A stretch of 64,000 nucleotides of DNA, from NCBI GenBank assembly GCA_051294905.1, contig CM119376.1, forward strand, positions 1,984,001 through 2,048,000. The letters run 5' to 3'. The position numbers were made by a program, and so were the translations under genes. The DNA comes from Botryllus schlosseri (lineage: Eukaryota). Below are positions 12,909 through 23,908 of this stretch, piece by piece (the stretch's first letter is position 1; every line of letters starts with the position of its first letter). Below the pieces are notes generated by a model. It had not been told where the DNA came from. It worked only from the letters and a program-made list of their open reading frames with translations, and made no database searches.

Positions 12909-13952
12909 GTGTGCTTAAACAAGAGTAACAGAATAATGAATAACTACATTACCCACGGGAACAGACCGCGTTCATTCGATCTGATTGGAAACGATCAGAT
13001 CAGTGCGGACGAGGTACTGGACCTGATATACTCACAGAAGGACCTAAAACAATGGAAGAATGAGATACAATCGATGTATCAAATCTCGCTGAAAGTCTTT
13101 AGCATTACAATGCAGGAACCAAATCAAAAAAACGAATTGGTCCAAAGCATTCAGGATGTGATTTACCGAGGCAAAAAATATGAGATCAGAAAGCCAAGGG
13201 CTCCGCTTACATATATAAGCATAAGAGCTGTACCAACAGAAACAACTTGCGAATCGGTAGCAAATGTAATACTAACCTGGAACGCAGGATCCTTGCTGAA
13301 AATAACAAGAGGTTACCACAGAGATACTAACTTCGAAAATGGCTTCAGACATCTTGTCTATGAGGATTATGTTGACGGCATCCTTCCACAATTCATCACG
13401 ATAGACGGAGCCAGGTGTAAAATATTCTTGCCATCTGCACCTAAAAACAATACCAGAAAGTGTTACGTGTGTGGCCAGACCGGGCATATTGCAGCAAAAT
13501 GCACGGCGAAAAGCTGCCATTACTGCGAATCAAAAAAGCATAACATGGTCGACTGCCCTGCAAGGAATGAGGAGTTTCCAACAATAACTAAGGAAGTCGA
13601 CTGTAGCGAAATTGCAGAAATTACCGTTACAGAAGAAACAGAAGTAATAGAAGAACAAAAAGATGAACAACAGGCTGGTGACCGAAGTGAGTTAGCAGAG
13701 GACTTGCAGATCTCATCCCAAGGTTCCGAATCTGAGGATGATGGTCCTAAAATAAAGTCAACAGTGTCTTGCGCGCAAACGCTCACTGACGAATCTGAAA
13801 ACTCAGATATTGCAGTCTCCTCAGAAGGAGAGCAAAGTGAAAAGGAGCAAACTCAGGAACGCAGCACGCCAATTCAAAGCAAGCCCAAAAAGAAAGCCAA
13901 AAAAATAAGTCTGGCAGAAAACACCCCAAAACGCAATAATAATGAGCATTAA
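12909..13952 (+). CDS. Tx1-type ORF1 with two zinc knuckles (first ATG at 12936)
   Basis: RPRSFD motif, ISIRAVPTE, CYVCGQTGHIAAKC, CHYCESKKHNMVDC, acidic tail. Confidence 0.85.
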   Translation: MCLNKSNRIMNNYITHGNRPRSFDLIGNDQISADEVLDLIYSQKDLKQWKNEIQSMYQISLKVFSITMQEPNQKNELVQSIQDVIYRGKKYEIRKPRAPLTYISIRAVPTETTCESVANVILTWNAGSLLKITRGYHRDTNFENGFRHLVYEDYVDGILPQFITIDGARCKIFLPSAPKNNTRKCYVCGQTGHIAAKCTAKSCHYCESKKHNMVDCPARNEEFPTITKEVDCSEIAEITVTEETEVIEEQKDEQQAGDRSELAEDLQISSQGSESEDDGPKIKSTVSCAQTLTDESENSDIAVSSEGEQSEKEQTQERSTPIQSKPKKKAKKISLAENTPKRNNNEH

Positions 13953-16900
13953 AATAACATCGCTAAATGCAAATGGAATTGACAGAAACTGGAAAAATCT
14001 TACCAACCTAATAAGAAAACAAAATAGCGATGTTATCTGTATTCAGGAATCTCACAAAATAAACACAGAAAAAATTAGAGATTGGTGCAAAAACAACAAA
14101 TACATACCTTACAAAAACTGCCTGGATAAACAAGATATCTGGGCAAACAGAGAGAAAAACAAACGAATATACTTTTTAGGAACACTAATACTGATTAAGT
14201 CAGAAATGGAAAATAAATACCAAATAATCGGAAACATTTTAGTAGAGCATAGAGTACAATCAATCTTGCTAAAAAGCAAAGAAAGTGTCTTAGAGGTATG
14301 GAATGTGTACGCACCTCCCAATCCTGGGAAATACCAGACAGATCTCTTTAAAAACCTCTCAGAAACGCTATACGATACTGCCAATAGAACGGTTATTTGC
14401 GGGGACTTTAATTTGATTATCAATGATAAAGACTGTAAGGTGAAGACAAAATACAACCTGTCACCGGCAGCGAAGACTTGGAAAAACTTCATTGAAACCC
14501 ACTGTTATCAGGATGTATATAGATGGAGAAATCCTAAAAAATAAATACACACCAAGATAACAGGAAAACAAGAAAGACGTATAGATAACATATACGCCAC
14601 AGACAATATCGCAAAAGACGTGTCTATATGTAAATACACCTACAATCCGATATCTGACCACATCTATATGATGGAGATGACAATATCGGACAAACCACGA
14701 ATTAAATTTGGAAAAGGGTCGTGGAAATGCAATGTCAGCACTCTAGACTCTCCCTTGATCGACGATCATATTAGAACAACAATTGAAATGATGAAGAAAA
14801 ATAAGAGCAAATACGATTCCATCACACAGTGGTGGGACGACCTTAAATCAGTTTTAAAAACTGAAATAAGGAGAGTAACACAATATTACAATCCGCAGAA
14901 AAACAAAGAGGCCGAAATCAGGGCAAAAATAAGAGTCATAAATGAAGAGCAGGATAGCTATGAAAAAACTAGATTACATCAAGAACTGAAAAAAGAGGAA
15001 AGGAAAAAACTAAATTTCCTTTGCCAAACAGCAAAGTTGATCGACAAAGAAAAATACGAAAAGCCTACTAAGTATTTTTTGATAGGCTGAAATCAAGAAA
15101 TCGACAACAACAAATTCACAGTATCCTAGATGATAAGGGACAAACTGTAGAACGCCCAGATGAAGTTAAAAAGATCATTCAAAACTTCTATCAAAAGCTC
15201 TGGGACGCAGAGAAAAACTTAGACCATGATCTTCAAGAAATATACCTAAAAGAATTAAATGAGGTTAATATTTCTGAAGAAGATCAAGATTTCTTAGAAA
15301 TGAGCATTACTCAAGAAGAAATACTACATATTCTAAAAAATATGAGCTCATGCAGAACTCCAGGAAGCGATGGTCTTACAAAAGAGTTCTACATCAAGTA
15401 CTGGTCAGTTCTGAAACAAGAACTCTTAGAGCTATACAACAACGCCTTATTTTTTGGAGCGACGTGTAATTCGTGGCACAAAGGCATTGTAAAATTGTTA
15501 TACAAAAAAGGAAATGCGGAAGACATCAAAAATTGGAGACCTATAACTTTATTAAACGTAGACCATAAAATCCTAACAGCCATCTTAGCCAATCGATTAA
15601 AAAATGTAACCAAATCTATTATACTAAATACGCAAAAGTGTGGCATTGCAGATAGGCAAATATCCGACGCGCTAAGAAATGTCAAAGCCGCGATAGACAC
15701 TGCTCTCCATAAAAATAATGACCTTTTCATCCTAAATCTGGATCTGGAAAAGGCCTTCGACAAGGTTCCTCACTCGTATCTATATCAAGTACTAGAGAAA
15801 TACAGAGTACCAAAAACAATTAGGAAATTAATAGCAAACCTATATGACAATTCGTACAGCAAAGTACCAGTAAATGGCGGAATGACGGAGAGGATTCAAG
15901 TGGACAGGGGACTCCGACAAGGATGTCCTTTAAGCATGTGCCTTTACGCGATGACAATAGATCCACTTGCAAGAAGAATAGTTAGAAATAAGGATATAAA
16001 AGGCGTTAGATTAGGTAGCAGCGAACTCAAGATTCAGCAGTATGCTGACGATGTTACCGCTATAGTCAAAGATATTCATTCCATCGACAAAGTAATAGAA
16101 GAATTCGAGAAATTCGGCAAAGCCACAGGGCAACGCCTCAACAAAGAAAAATCAGAAATTTTAAGTACGAACCCCAATAGAATCGTGAACAGTAAATACA
16201 ACAATATCCTCAAGAAATCCACGGAAATCTTGGGACAAACATTCGGCCAAAATTATATAGAATTAACATGGAAGAAGAGAATAGATCAACTTAGGAAAAT
16301 CACCATCGCGTATAAAGATAGAGATCTAACGTGGTTTGGTAAAGCGATAATTCTCAACAGCCTCGCAACATCCAAACTAATCTATAACGCGAGAATAATC
16401 GATGCTCCAACAAAATATATCAAAGAAATAGAAAGTATATTTTTTAAATTCATTTGGCACCCAGAGAAGGTCGAACCAATCAGGCGAACGCAATTTATTT
16501 CAGAACAAATAATGCACAAACTAAAAATACCTTGCGTAGAAAGTAAGTTTAAAGCCAGTAAAATAGAGAAATACAAGATAATTAAAAATTTAGACTCACC
16601 TAGTGAATTCTGGCATCATGAAGCGTTGTACGTCTTGGGCACAAAAGTCCTTGACATAAATACAAAACTGTACTCCAATTCAATTCCACACAGAGACAGA
16701 ATGAGCGCAGAATGGAGACACATCTTAGAATCTGCAAAAAACATAGATTGGAATGATGATCAATGGAAAATAGCGACACACAAAGACATATATAAGGTAC
16801 TTAAAGAAAAAAAAGCAACCACAACACTAATTAGACTAGAAAACGGAGCAATGATTAATTGGAAAAAAGTGCAAGCGACAAATGAAGATGTAAACAGAAT

Positions 16901-17270
16901 AAACAACAAAGAAAGGATAGTGAACATAAGAACGGCATGCAAAGGCTACTTCTTTGGTGAAGAAAAGAGAAGGTTAAATCTTCTGAGGATAGACTCTCTA
17001 AATAATAATATAACAAACTGCAAGTTTTGTGGCAACAGATACGATAACCTAGAACATATCTTTCTGAAGTGCCCATTTGTGATCGAGGTGATAAATAACT
17101 TAAGACTATTAATCAAATAGACAAAATTGGGATTAGATCAAATATTCTACAATGAAAATTTGGAGAAGAATGATTGGACGATACTAAGTATTTTAAAAAG
17201 ACAAGTCATGTACACGAAATTAGGCCTAGATAAAGAAAACGGAAAATTATCAAATACGAAAATAACAGCG
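13942..17270 (+). pseudogene. Tx1-type ORF2 (APE + RT + C-terminal Cys motif), frameshifted
   Basis: ITSLNANG, CIQESH, NVYAP, GDFN, SDH, GSWKCN, TPGSDG, NWRPITLLNVDHK, DLEKAFDKV, GLRQGCPLS, QYADD, CKFCG...LEHIFLKC. Confidence 0.93.
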
Positions 17271-18246
17271 AAAGGCTGCTGCACACTGGCTTTGCGACAC
17301 GACTAAAACAGGTAATTCCCCGATCATGTCGCGCTCACGATCGCGGTAGTTGCGTTCTGCTGCACACTGGGACACCGAGTCGTAACGTAGGCCCATCTGT
17401 TCTGTACCAACTTAATGATTTCGTAACAGTATAGGTTATTGGTTATTACTATTGAAGAACACATCAAGATACTTCCTACACAACACATTGCTGATGCTCC
17501 GAATTTTGATAAGGAATATACACCATAATGTCACTAATATATTCTCAAATTCGAAAACTCAGTTTACTATTTCAACTCAAGACGCAGATGCACAATATAC
17601 AGTACCCAAGATACAAAGAATATAAACAAGAAGGTGTCTAATCGTTGAAACGCCCTGTCATAGTCCATCAATCAGATGTCTTTATAATATATAGGCCTAC
17701 TCTTCTTGGTCTACCGGTACTTTCGTAATGTCAAGCATGTCACTGGCATTGGCGGGCTAGCGGTCATGTTCTTATTCATCTTGTATTGTGAACATATAGT
17801 AATCTAATTATCAAATATATCTTCATTTCGTTCTTCCATCTTCAAGTTATCAAGTTGAGGTTGAATCATTCTTTTCCTGGGCTTGTTGGATATCATACAG
17901 CGCACTGCGTCAACCCCGCACAGCCTTCACTGTGTAACCCTAGATCAGGGGTCGCCAACTCAAAATGGGTCGCGGGCCACTTTTCCAGATTCCTAGAAGC
18001 CGCGGGCCGCATGACGTCAATATCGAGATAAAAGTAGGCAACGTCGTTCAACAACCACGTCTGATAACTCTACGTTATTACAACGCTGTGCTTTCTAACA
18101 TGGGCGACGGTTTTAGTCACCACAAAAGAAATAATATTTTATTGAACAAACACAAATACAACAAAAAGTATCATGATCATCAATTTCATTATATTTTGAG
18201 CTATGAGCTGTACACGATACCTGACAACACTCTGTAGCCGCTTAAA

Positions 18247-18708
18247 CAGGGGTGGCCAACATTTTTGCTATTCTTGGCCGCATTTCGACTACTCATGTAG
18301 CCTGCGGCCGCATACCGGTGGTTAGTCGTGATAAACTAGCTGGGGCCAAATACCCACGTTAAACTGTCCATGTCCATTGCCGGTACACTCCGAACTAATC
18401 TATATACGCATTTCGGTTTACTATACGCACCGAAATCGTTAGTAGTTATGTTGTACAGAGCCACGGGAAAACCGTTCTGTAGTCGCGCGAAACGCGAAAA
18501 AACATTTTCATGTTCATGAGTGAATTTTGTCAATAAATATTAGTATAGTTTCACATAGTACTATAAAATATTTATCTTTTCTCGGCCAATTCGATCGGAT
18601 TCACCGATACAGCTGATGCAGGGGGTATCTTCGAAAACTTAGGGTAGTTATTAAAAGTGTCGACAGCCGCATAATTTCCCTTCTACTGCCGCAGATTGAC
18701 CACCCTTG
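18247..18708. mobile_element. Probable further hAT MITE
   Basis: Left CAGGGGTGGCCAAC and degenerate right TTGACCACCCTTG; no matching TSD. Confidence 0.45.
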
Positions 18709-18779
18709 GATTGAAGAATCAATATTGGGGTTAGCTAGACACGATAGGCGTACTTGCTAGACAACTATCTCCTCGTAAG

Positions 18780-21324
18780 TAGGGCTGGGCAAAATCGAGT
18801 ACCTAGCTGATTCGATTCTGAATCGAGCATAAACCTTCGAGTCGAGTCGAGTATTCGAGTAGCACTCTAAAAGCGGTCTTATGTTCAAAACAAACAGAAA
18901 TCAGTCCCATTTCCACATTTTCTATTAGTACAAAAGAAAATTTATGACAAACTGATGTCAAAATGACATTGCCACATGTGGTCACTTGAAATATTGTAGT
19001 TACTTGTACACAGGCCATTCAAAATGTAGGATACACCGTAAACATGCAATTAAAAATGGACTTGTCAATTAGTTAGTATAAACCGTTGCATTTCAGAAAG
19101 ACGAGAGCTTCCACGTGTCTCCCTGTGAGGCTAGATCTTAATGCAGATGCTGTATTCCCAGCTGTTGAAAATACTCTTTCTGATGGAGTAGAAGTAGCTG
19201 GCACACTCAGATATTTCAATGCTAGGTTTACAATGTTTGGATACTTGGCTTTATTCTCTTTCCACCAGTTCACAGGATTCTGATCCTGTGTGAGCCTTTT
19301 TTCACAGAAGTATTTCTCAAGCTCATCATGAATTAAATTAACATCAGTGTCGCTAGAGCTGTCACTTGACTCACTGGAATCATAAACTGCGTCAAGCAGC
19401 TTATTCAATAAAGAGCTTTTACTTGGACCACTGTTAGTTGTGGGAGTAGCTTTGGTAATAACAGTAGCATTTTTTTCCTTGCCCACTACATCCTGCAGCA
19501 GTTCACACTCAAGCAAACCGCGAAGTTTAACAGATTGTGTGGAGTCAAGTCCTTTGACTTTATATCTTGGATCAAGTGCGGTCGCTTTCCAAGTAATGTC
19601 ACCGTCTACAGGCATTTCAAGAAATCGTGCAGACATTTGCTCTCCCAGTTTTTTGCAAAACTCTTTCATCGGTCCGCTAGCTTCTGATGCTGCATCCCAG
19701 ACATGTTTCTTCAATGATGTAATGTACGGATTTCTGAGTGATATTGAAACTTGCTTTTCAGCACCCAAGATCTCAGTGGCTTCAGCAAAAGGTTCCAATA
19801 TGTCAGTCAGTTGCTTCATCATAATCCAGTCCGATTGTTTCAGCATGTATTTACTAGTTTGGGATTGTTGCTCGTTCAATACAGCTATTACTGGCCACTG
19901 CATATCAAATAATCTCCGCAACATGTAGTAGGTGCTGTTCCACCTGGTTGCCACTTCCATCACAAGCTTTCGGAACTCCACTTTCATCTCCTTGCATTTC
20001 TGCTTTAGTAATGATGTTGCTACCTCCGATCTTTTGAAATGAGTTACAAGTCTTCTAACGTCAGCTAGGCACTGTTGAATTGAGGAGATTGCCAAAGCAT
20101 GTGTGATACAAAGTTGTATTGAGTGCGCTGAGCAACCTAGACTGCACCAACCATGCTTTTTTTGTAACATGTCTTTTGCTGACTTTATGTTTGAACCATT
20201 GTCACTCACTGTACAAGTAACTGCTGATAGCTTCACATTGAGTTCGGCTAATATCTGTTCAACCCAACTTGAGATGTTCACGGCAGTGTGACGATCATCT
20301 AGCAATTTACAGCTCAGCAACCATGATTGCAGGGAAAACTTTTCATCAATGAAATGTCCTGTAACAGCCAAGAACGACTCCATATTGATACTGGTCCATG
20401 CATCAAATGTCAGTGCAAGATGTGTTACTGTGGCAAGTGAATGTTGCAGGTTACTTTTCGAGGCAACAAATAAATCTTCTATGCGCCGTGCAAACGTACG
20501 TCTTGATGGTATGCTATACTTAGGTTCCAGGCTTGAAATCAAATTTTGGAAATTTTCCCCCTCAATAACAGAGAGTGGCCTTAAATCACCCACAATAAAT
20601 TTGACAATTTTTTGGGTAATATGCTCTTGCCTAGAAGGGGTCATGAAAGAAAAATCCAATTTAAGCTGCTTCGGACTTGATGTGGACGTAGAAGCTCCAG
20701 TGTTGAGATTTTCAGGTTCTCCGTACGATCTTCAGTTCAAATCTATGGTAGGATGCTTGCTTTTTATGTGCCTCAGTAGGTTGGTGGTGCTATCGAGAAA
20801 AGATAGCTTTTCTTTGCAAAGTATACAAGCTACCTTCCGACCATCGCTTCCTTTGTCGACAGGCGAACCAAAGTATTGCCACACCGCTGACTTCCTTCCT
20901 TTCGAGGCTTTGCTCATCGCTGTGCTAAACACGCTTGTGTAATTTCTCAACCGGTATAAATTACAGCCACGGTATACCAGGCTCACGCTCACAAAAAACG
21001 GATTACCACGTTCTCCATTATTGCGTCATAATGGTTACGGAGCAGTCAGAGACCGTGAATTAAGAAATGTTTTAAGGTGTATAACCTCATCTTTACATGG
21101 ATAATAAATTATATTATTAACATACTGGAAGATTTCTGTGCTGACACTTGATATTGCTGCCTGCCCAATGAAAAATTTCGACCGATAGATAATGGAAATA
21201 TTTTCAGTCGCAAGGGGGCGCACTTGCAAGTACTCGAAAAAATCGTCTTTTATTACTCGACTCGAATCATTGAAATAAATACTCGATTCAGATTCGAGTA
21301 CTCGAATCATTATGCCCAGCCCTA
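18780..21324 (-). mobile_element. hAT (Ac/ZBED-type) transposon with complete ends
   Basis: 12-bp TIR TAGGGCTGGGCA; exact 8-bp TSD CTCGTAAG (18772-18779, 21325-21332); TCGAGT subterminal repeats at both ends. Confidence 0.96.
19073..20917 (-). pseudogene. hAT transposase (BED finger + DDE + dimerisation domain), 614 codons with one in-frame TGA at 20732-20734
   Basis: SAVWQYF..C..C..LLRHIKSKH BED finger; LTFDAWTS, VSDNGSN, CSAHSIQL, TRWNSTY, WWKENKAKYP, VPATSTPSERVFS. The ORFs 20732-20992 and 19073-20659 are in the same frame. Confidence 0.93.
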
Positions 21325-22500
21325 CTCGTAAGGCATGGTCTTTGGAGAGCCAGAAGTCGTTTTTCAAGCGTCTCGGTCTTGGCAGTGGTGGGCCATTGCA
21401 CGTCAAGGCAATATGCCCATTCGTACCAGCAAATTCTTCATCCATGGAATGATATTACCATGCCGAAGCCGTATCAACTAGTGAGTATTAGTGATATTGG
21501 GCACATAGAATGGCTTACTTTGAAAAACAACAACATTATGTTTCAACTGAAATCGATTTCAGCGTTTCAACATGATTTACTAAGCGTGTTTCTGAATTTT
21601 TTTTCAAATCAGGTTGCGGGCCGCAAAATATGACCTCGTGGGCCGCAAAATATGACCTCGTGGGCCGCATGCGGCCCGCGGGCCGCGTGTTGGTGACCCC
21701 TGCCCTAGATAAATCACGCATCTGGTACATGAGAATGTTAAATTAGGAAGTTGAACGATTAAAAAAGATTGCAACAGCACCGTCGAAATAAGAGCGCGTG
21801 CTCATGTTCTACTGCGACTGAGCCCGCAACTCGCGACAAAGTTCAAAATTTTCAACTTTGTCGGTGAGTTGCGCAGCCCACTCGCCGACGCTTTGTTGCG
21901 TAGTCTGGCGACGCGGTGTGCATGGTTTTGTCACAGACAGGCGCGATTCTCTCGTTTTGTCGTGTCGTGAGAGCCAGTGTGCAGCAGCCTTAAAACGCTT
22001 ACTAGAAAGATTTTGAGAAAAATAAAAAAAGATTAACCCACTTTAATTCACCAATAGAAGAAATCATCTTCAAAAATGAAATTGCTTTCATCGAAGATGA
22101 AAACAAAGCCTGACAGCACAAGATCGAATGAAGGGAAACAGCAACGGAGAATGAAAGAGTAAGTATCGAAGAAACAAAAAGAATGAACGGAAAAGAAGTA
22201 ACAACGGAAAGCAGGAAAAGCATCAAGAATATTTCATGTGTATTTCATGTGTATTTCATGCAATTCTTCATGTGTATCTGATGCGAAATAAATACAAAAA
22301 CGATTATTTCATGCAATGTGAATAAATGAAGAAATCTTGTGTATTGGATTGAAAGCTCGAAATATATATTGTCTTTTTGTTGCTTCTATTTATACCTTAT
22401 GCTTTATGACTACACTAAGGCTCGCTGCGGCAGCCTACAAAAAAAAAGAGGGGCCGTCAGGGAAATCTCAGAGGAGGAAGAGATGCAAAAAATAACAAAA

Positions 22501-22542
22501 ATGTCTGGACGAGGGAAAGGAGGAAAAGGTTTGGGAAAGTAG
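22501..22542 (+). other. H4: Histone H4 5' coding fragment (MSGRGKGGKGLGK followed by TAG) in the LINE 5' UTR
   Basis: ATGTCTGGACGAGGGAAAGGAGGAAAAGGTTTGGGAAAG encodes the invariant first 13 codons of histone H4 and is preceded by A-rich AACAAAA. Confidence 0.85.
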
Positions 22543-22659
22543 TATCTTTCGAAAAACGCGCGAAAACGAACAGTGGTAGATAGACTCAGAGCAGTCAGAG
22601 CTTGGGCGTCGCCCACCTGTGGATTACTGCTGAACATACCTTGGGATATACAAAACGAT

Positions 22660-23904
22660 ATGGAAAATATGGATACTAATCGCAAGCATGGATATGCATC
22701 AGCATTACGGAGGAATACCCCGAAACCGCCTATCCTGCATCATAGGCCCAGGTCACTCTTCCTCAGAGTTCCGACAGATATTCCATACGACGCAATATGG
22801 GAAGACATATGCAACAACGAGATAGCCAGAAACTTCATTGACCAAATCGAATCCCTCTGGGAGATGAGGAAAGGCGTGTATATCATGACCCTATTCAAAG
22901 ATAAGCAAAACGTTAAAACAAGAGACGCCCTTTACGATCAAATCGAGAAACAAGGCATCAAAGGCCACAGTTTCCGCTACATCAGGCTGGAGCTCCCGCG
23001 ACCTCAAGCCACCCACCTGATCGCAACCGGAATCCCCACCGAATCGGAACCACAAGCAGTCAGACGCGACATAAATAGTCTCGACTTCGGTACGGTAGCC
23101 GCCATGACGAGGGTCTATAGGAAAAATACCCGAATTTATAACGGCAGGGCAAATATATGGATGGAATCATTCCAAAGAGAGAAAATGCCATCCCACGTGT
23201 ACATAGACGGTTACCTCTGCCAAATTCGAACCGCAGAGGACATATATAGAAGGAAATGCTACCTCTGCAACGAAGAGAATCATATCGCCAGAGAATGTAC
23301 AAAACAAATCCAGGAAAATGAAAACGAAGACAATATGGAGCCAGAACCACAACAAAATGCGGGCTCCGCGCCAAATCCAGAGCCAAAACCAGGGCCACAT
23401 CCGGGGCCAAATAGAAACAGACTCCATGCCTCTACTGGGGTAAGACTAAGCCAAACCGGACAAGACCAGAAAGGTGCGGAAGTTATCACTGACTGGTTTA
23501 ACCAGATACACACCGTCAGAAAGCAAGAAGATGAAGCCAAAAAGAGGTCTGACCGACCACCCAAAACCACGGCCAAACCAATGACCGCGCCAAAACCCAG
23601 ACCTAACAAGAAGGTAGAAGCAGCCAAAAACGTTGTTGAAATAGAAGACAGCCTTGCCTCGCCGCCAGCAGAGGAAAGGCAGGGTGAACAAAACAACCTT
23701 GCTCGCCCAGAAACCGATTCCTTCGATGAACACAACGAAACAATTATTGACCCGGACTCAATAATATCTGACAACAATAAAAGAGCCAGAGGTTCATGAA
23801 GCAACACCAGCATAGAAACGGTATCCGAGAAAAAGCTGAAACACGATAGCACAGACGAGGATGATAGCGGCCGAACGCTATCATCAGACAGCTCGAACTC
23901 ATAA
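22660..23904 (+). pseudogene. Tx1-A ORF1 (single CCHC knuckle), premature TGA at 23797-23799
   Basis: RPRSLFL, ATGIPTES, CYLCNEENHIAREC. Confidence 0.8.
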
Positions 23905-23908
23905 AAAA

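Larger units (their letters stand above)
17946..21702. mobile_element. hAT (Buster/Charlie-type) MITE hosting the transposase-coding hAT
   Basis: TIR CAGGGGTCGCCAAC / GTTGGTGACCCCTG; exact 8-bp TSD CCCTAGAT (17938-17945, 21703-21710); GCGGCCC subterminal motifs. Confidence 0.9.
17274..21989. mobile_element. PIF/Harbinger-like MITE hosting nested hAT elements
   Basis: ~30-bp imperfect TIR GGCTGCTGCACACTGGCT..CGACACGA (17274-17302 / 21960-21989). The TSD is degenerate (AAA vs TTA). Confidence 0.7.
12428..22447 (+). mobile_element. L1/Tx1-clade LINE copy 0 (near full length; 3' ORF2 interrupted by nested DNA transposons 17274-21989)
   Basis: ORF1, APE and RT are present. The A-rich ORF2 tail resumes after 21990. 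The 3' UTR has ATTTCATGTGT repeats, a GGCT..GCAGCC hairpin and an A9 tail at 22439-22447. The 5' boundary is approximate. Confidence 0.85.
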
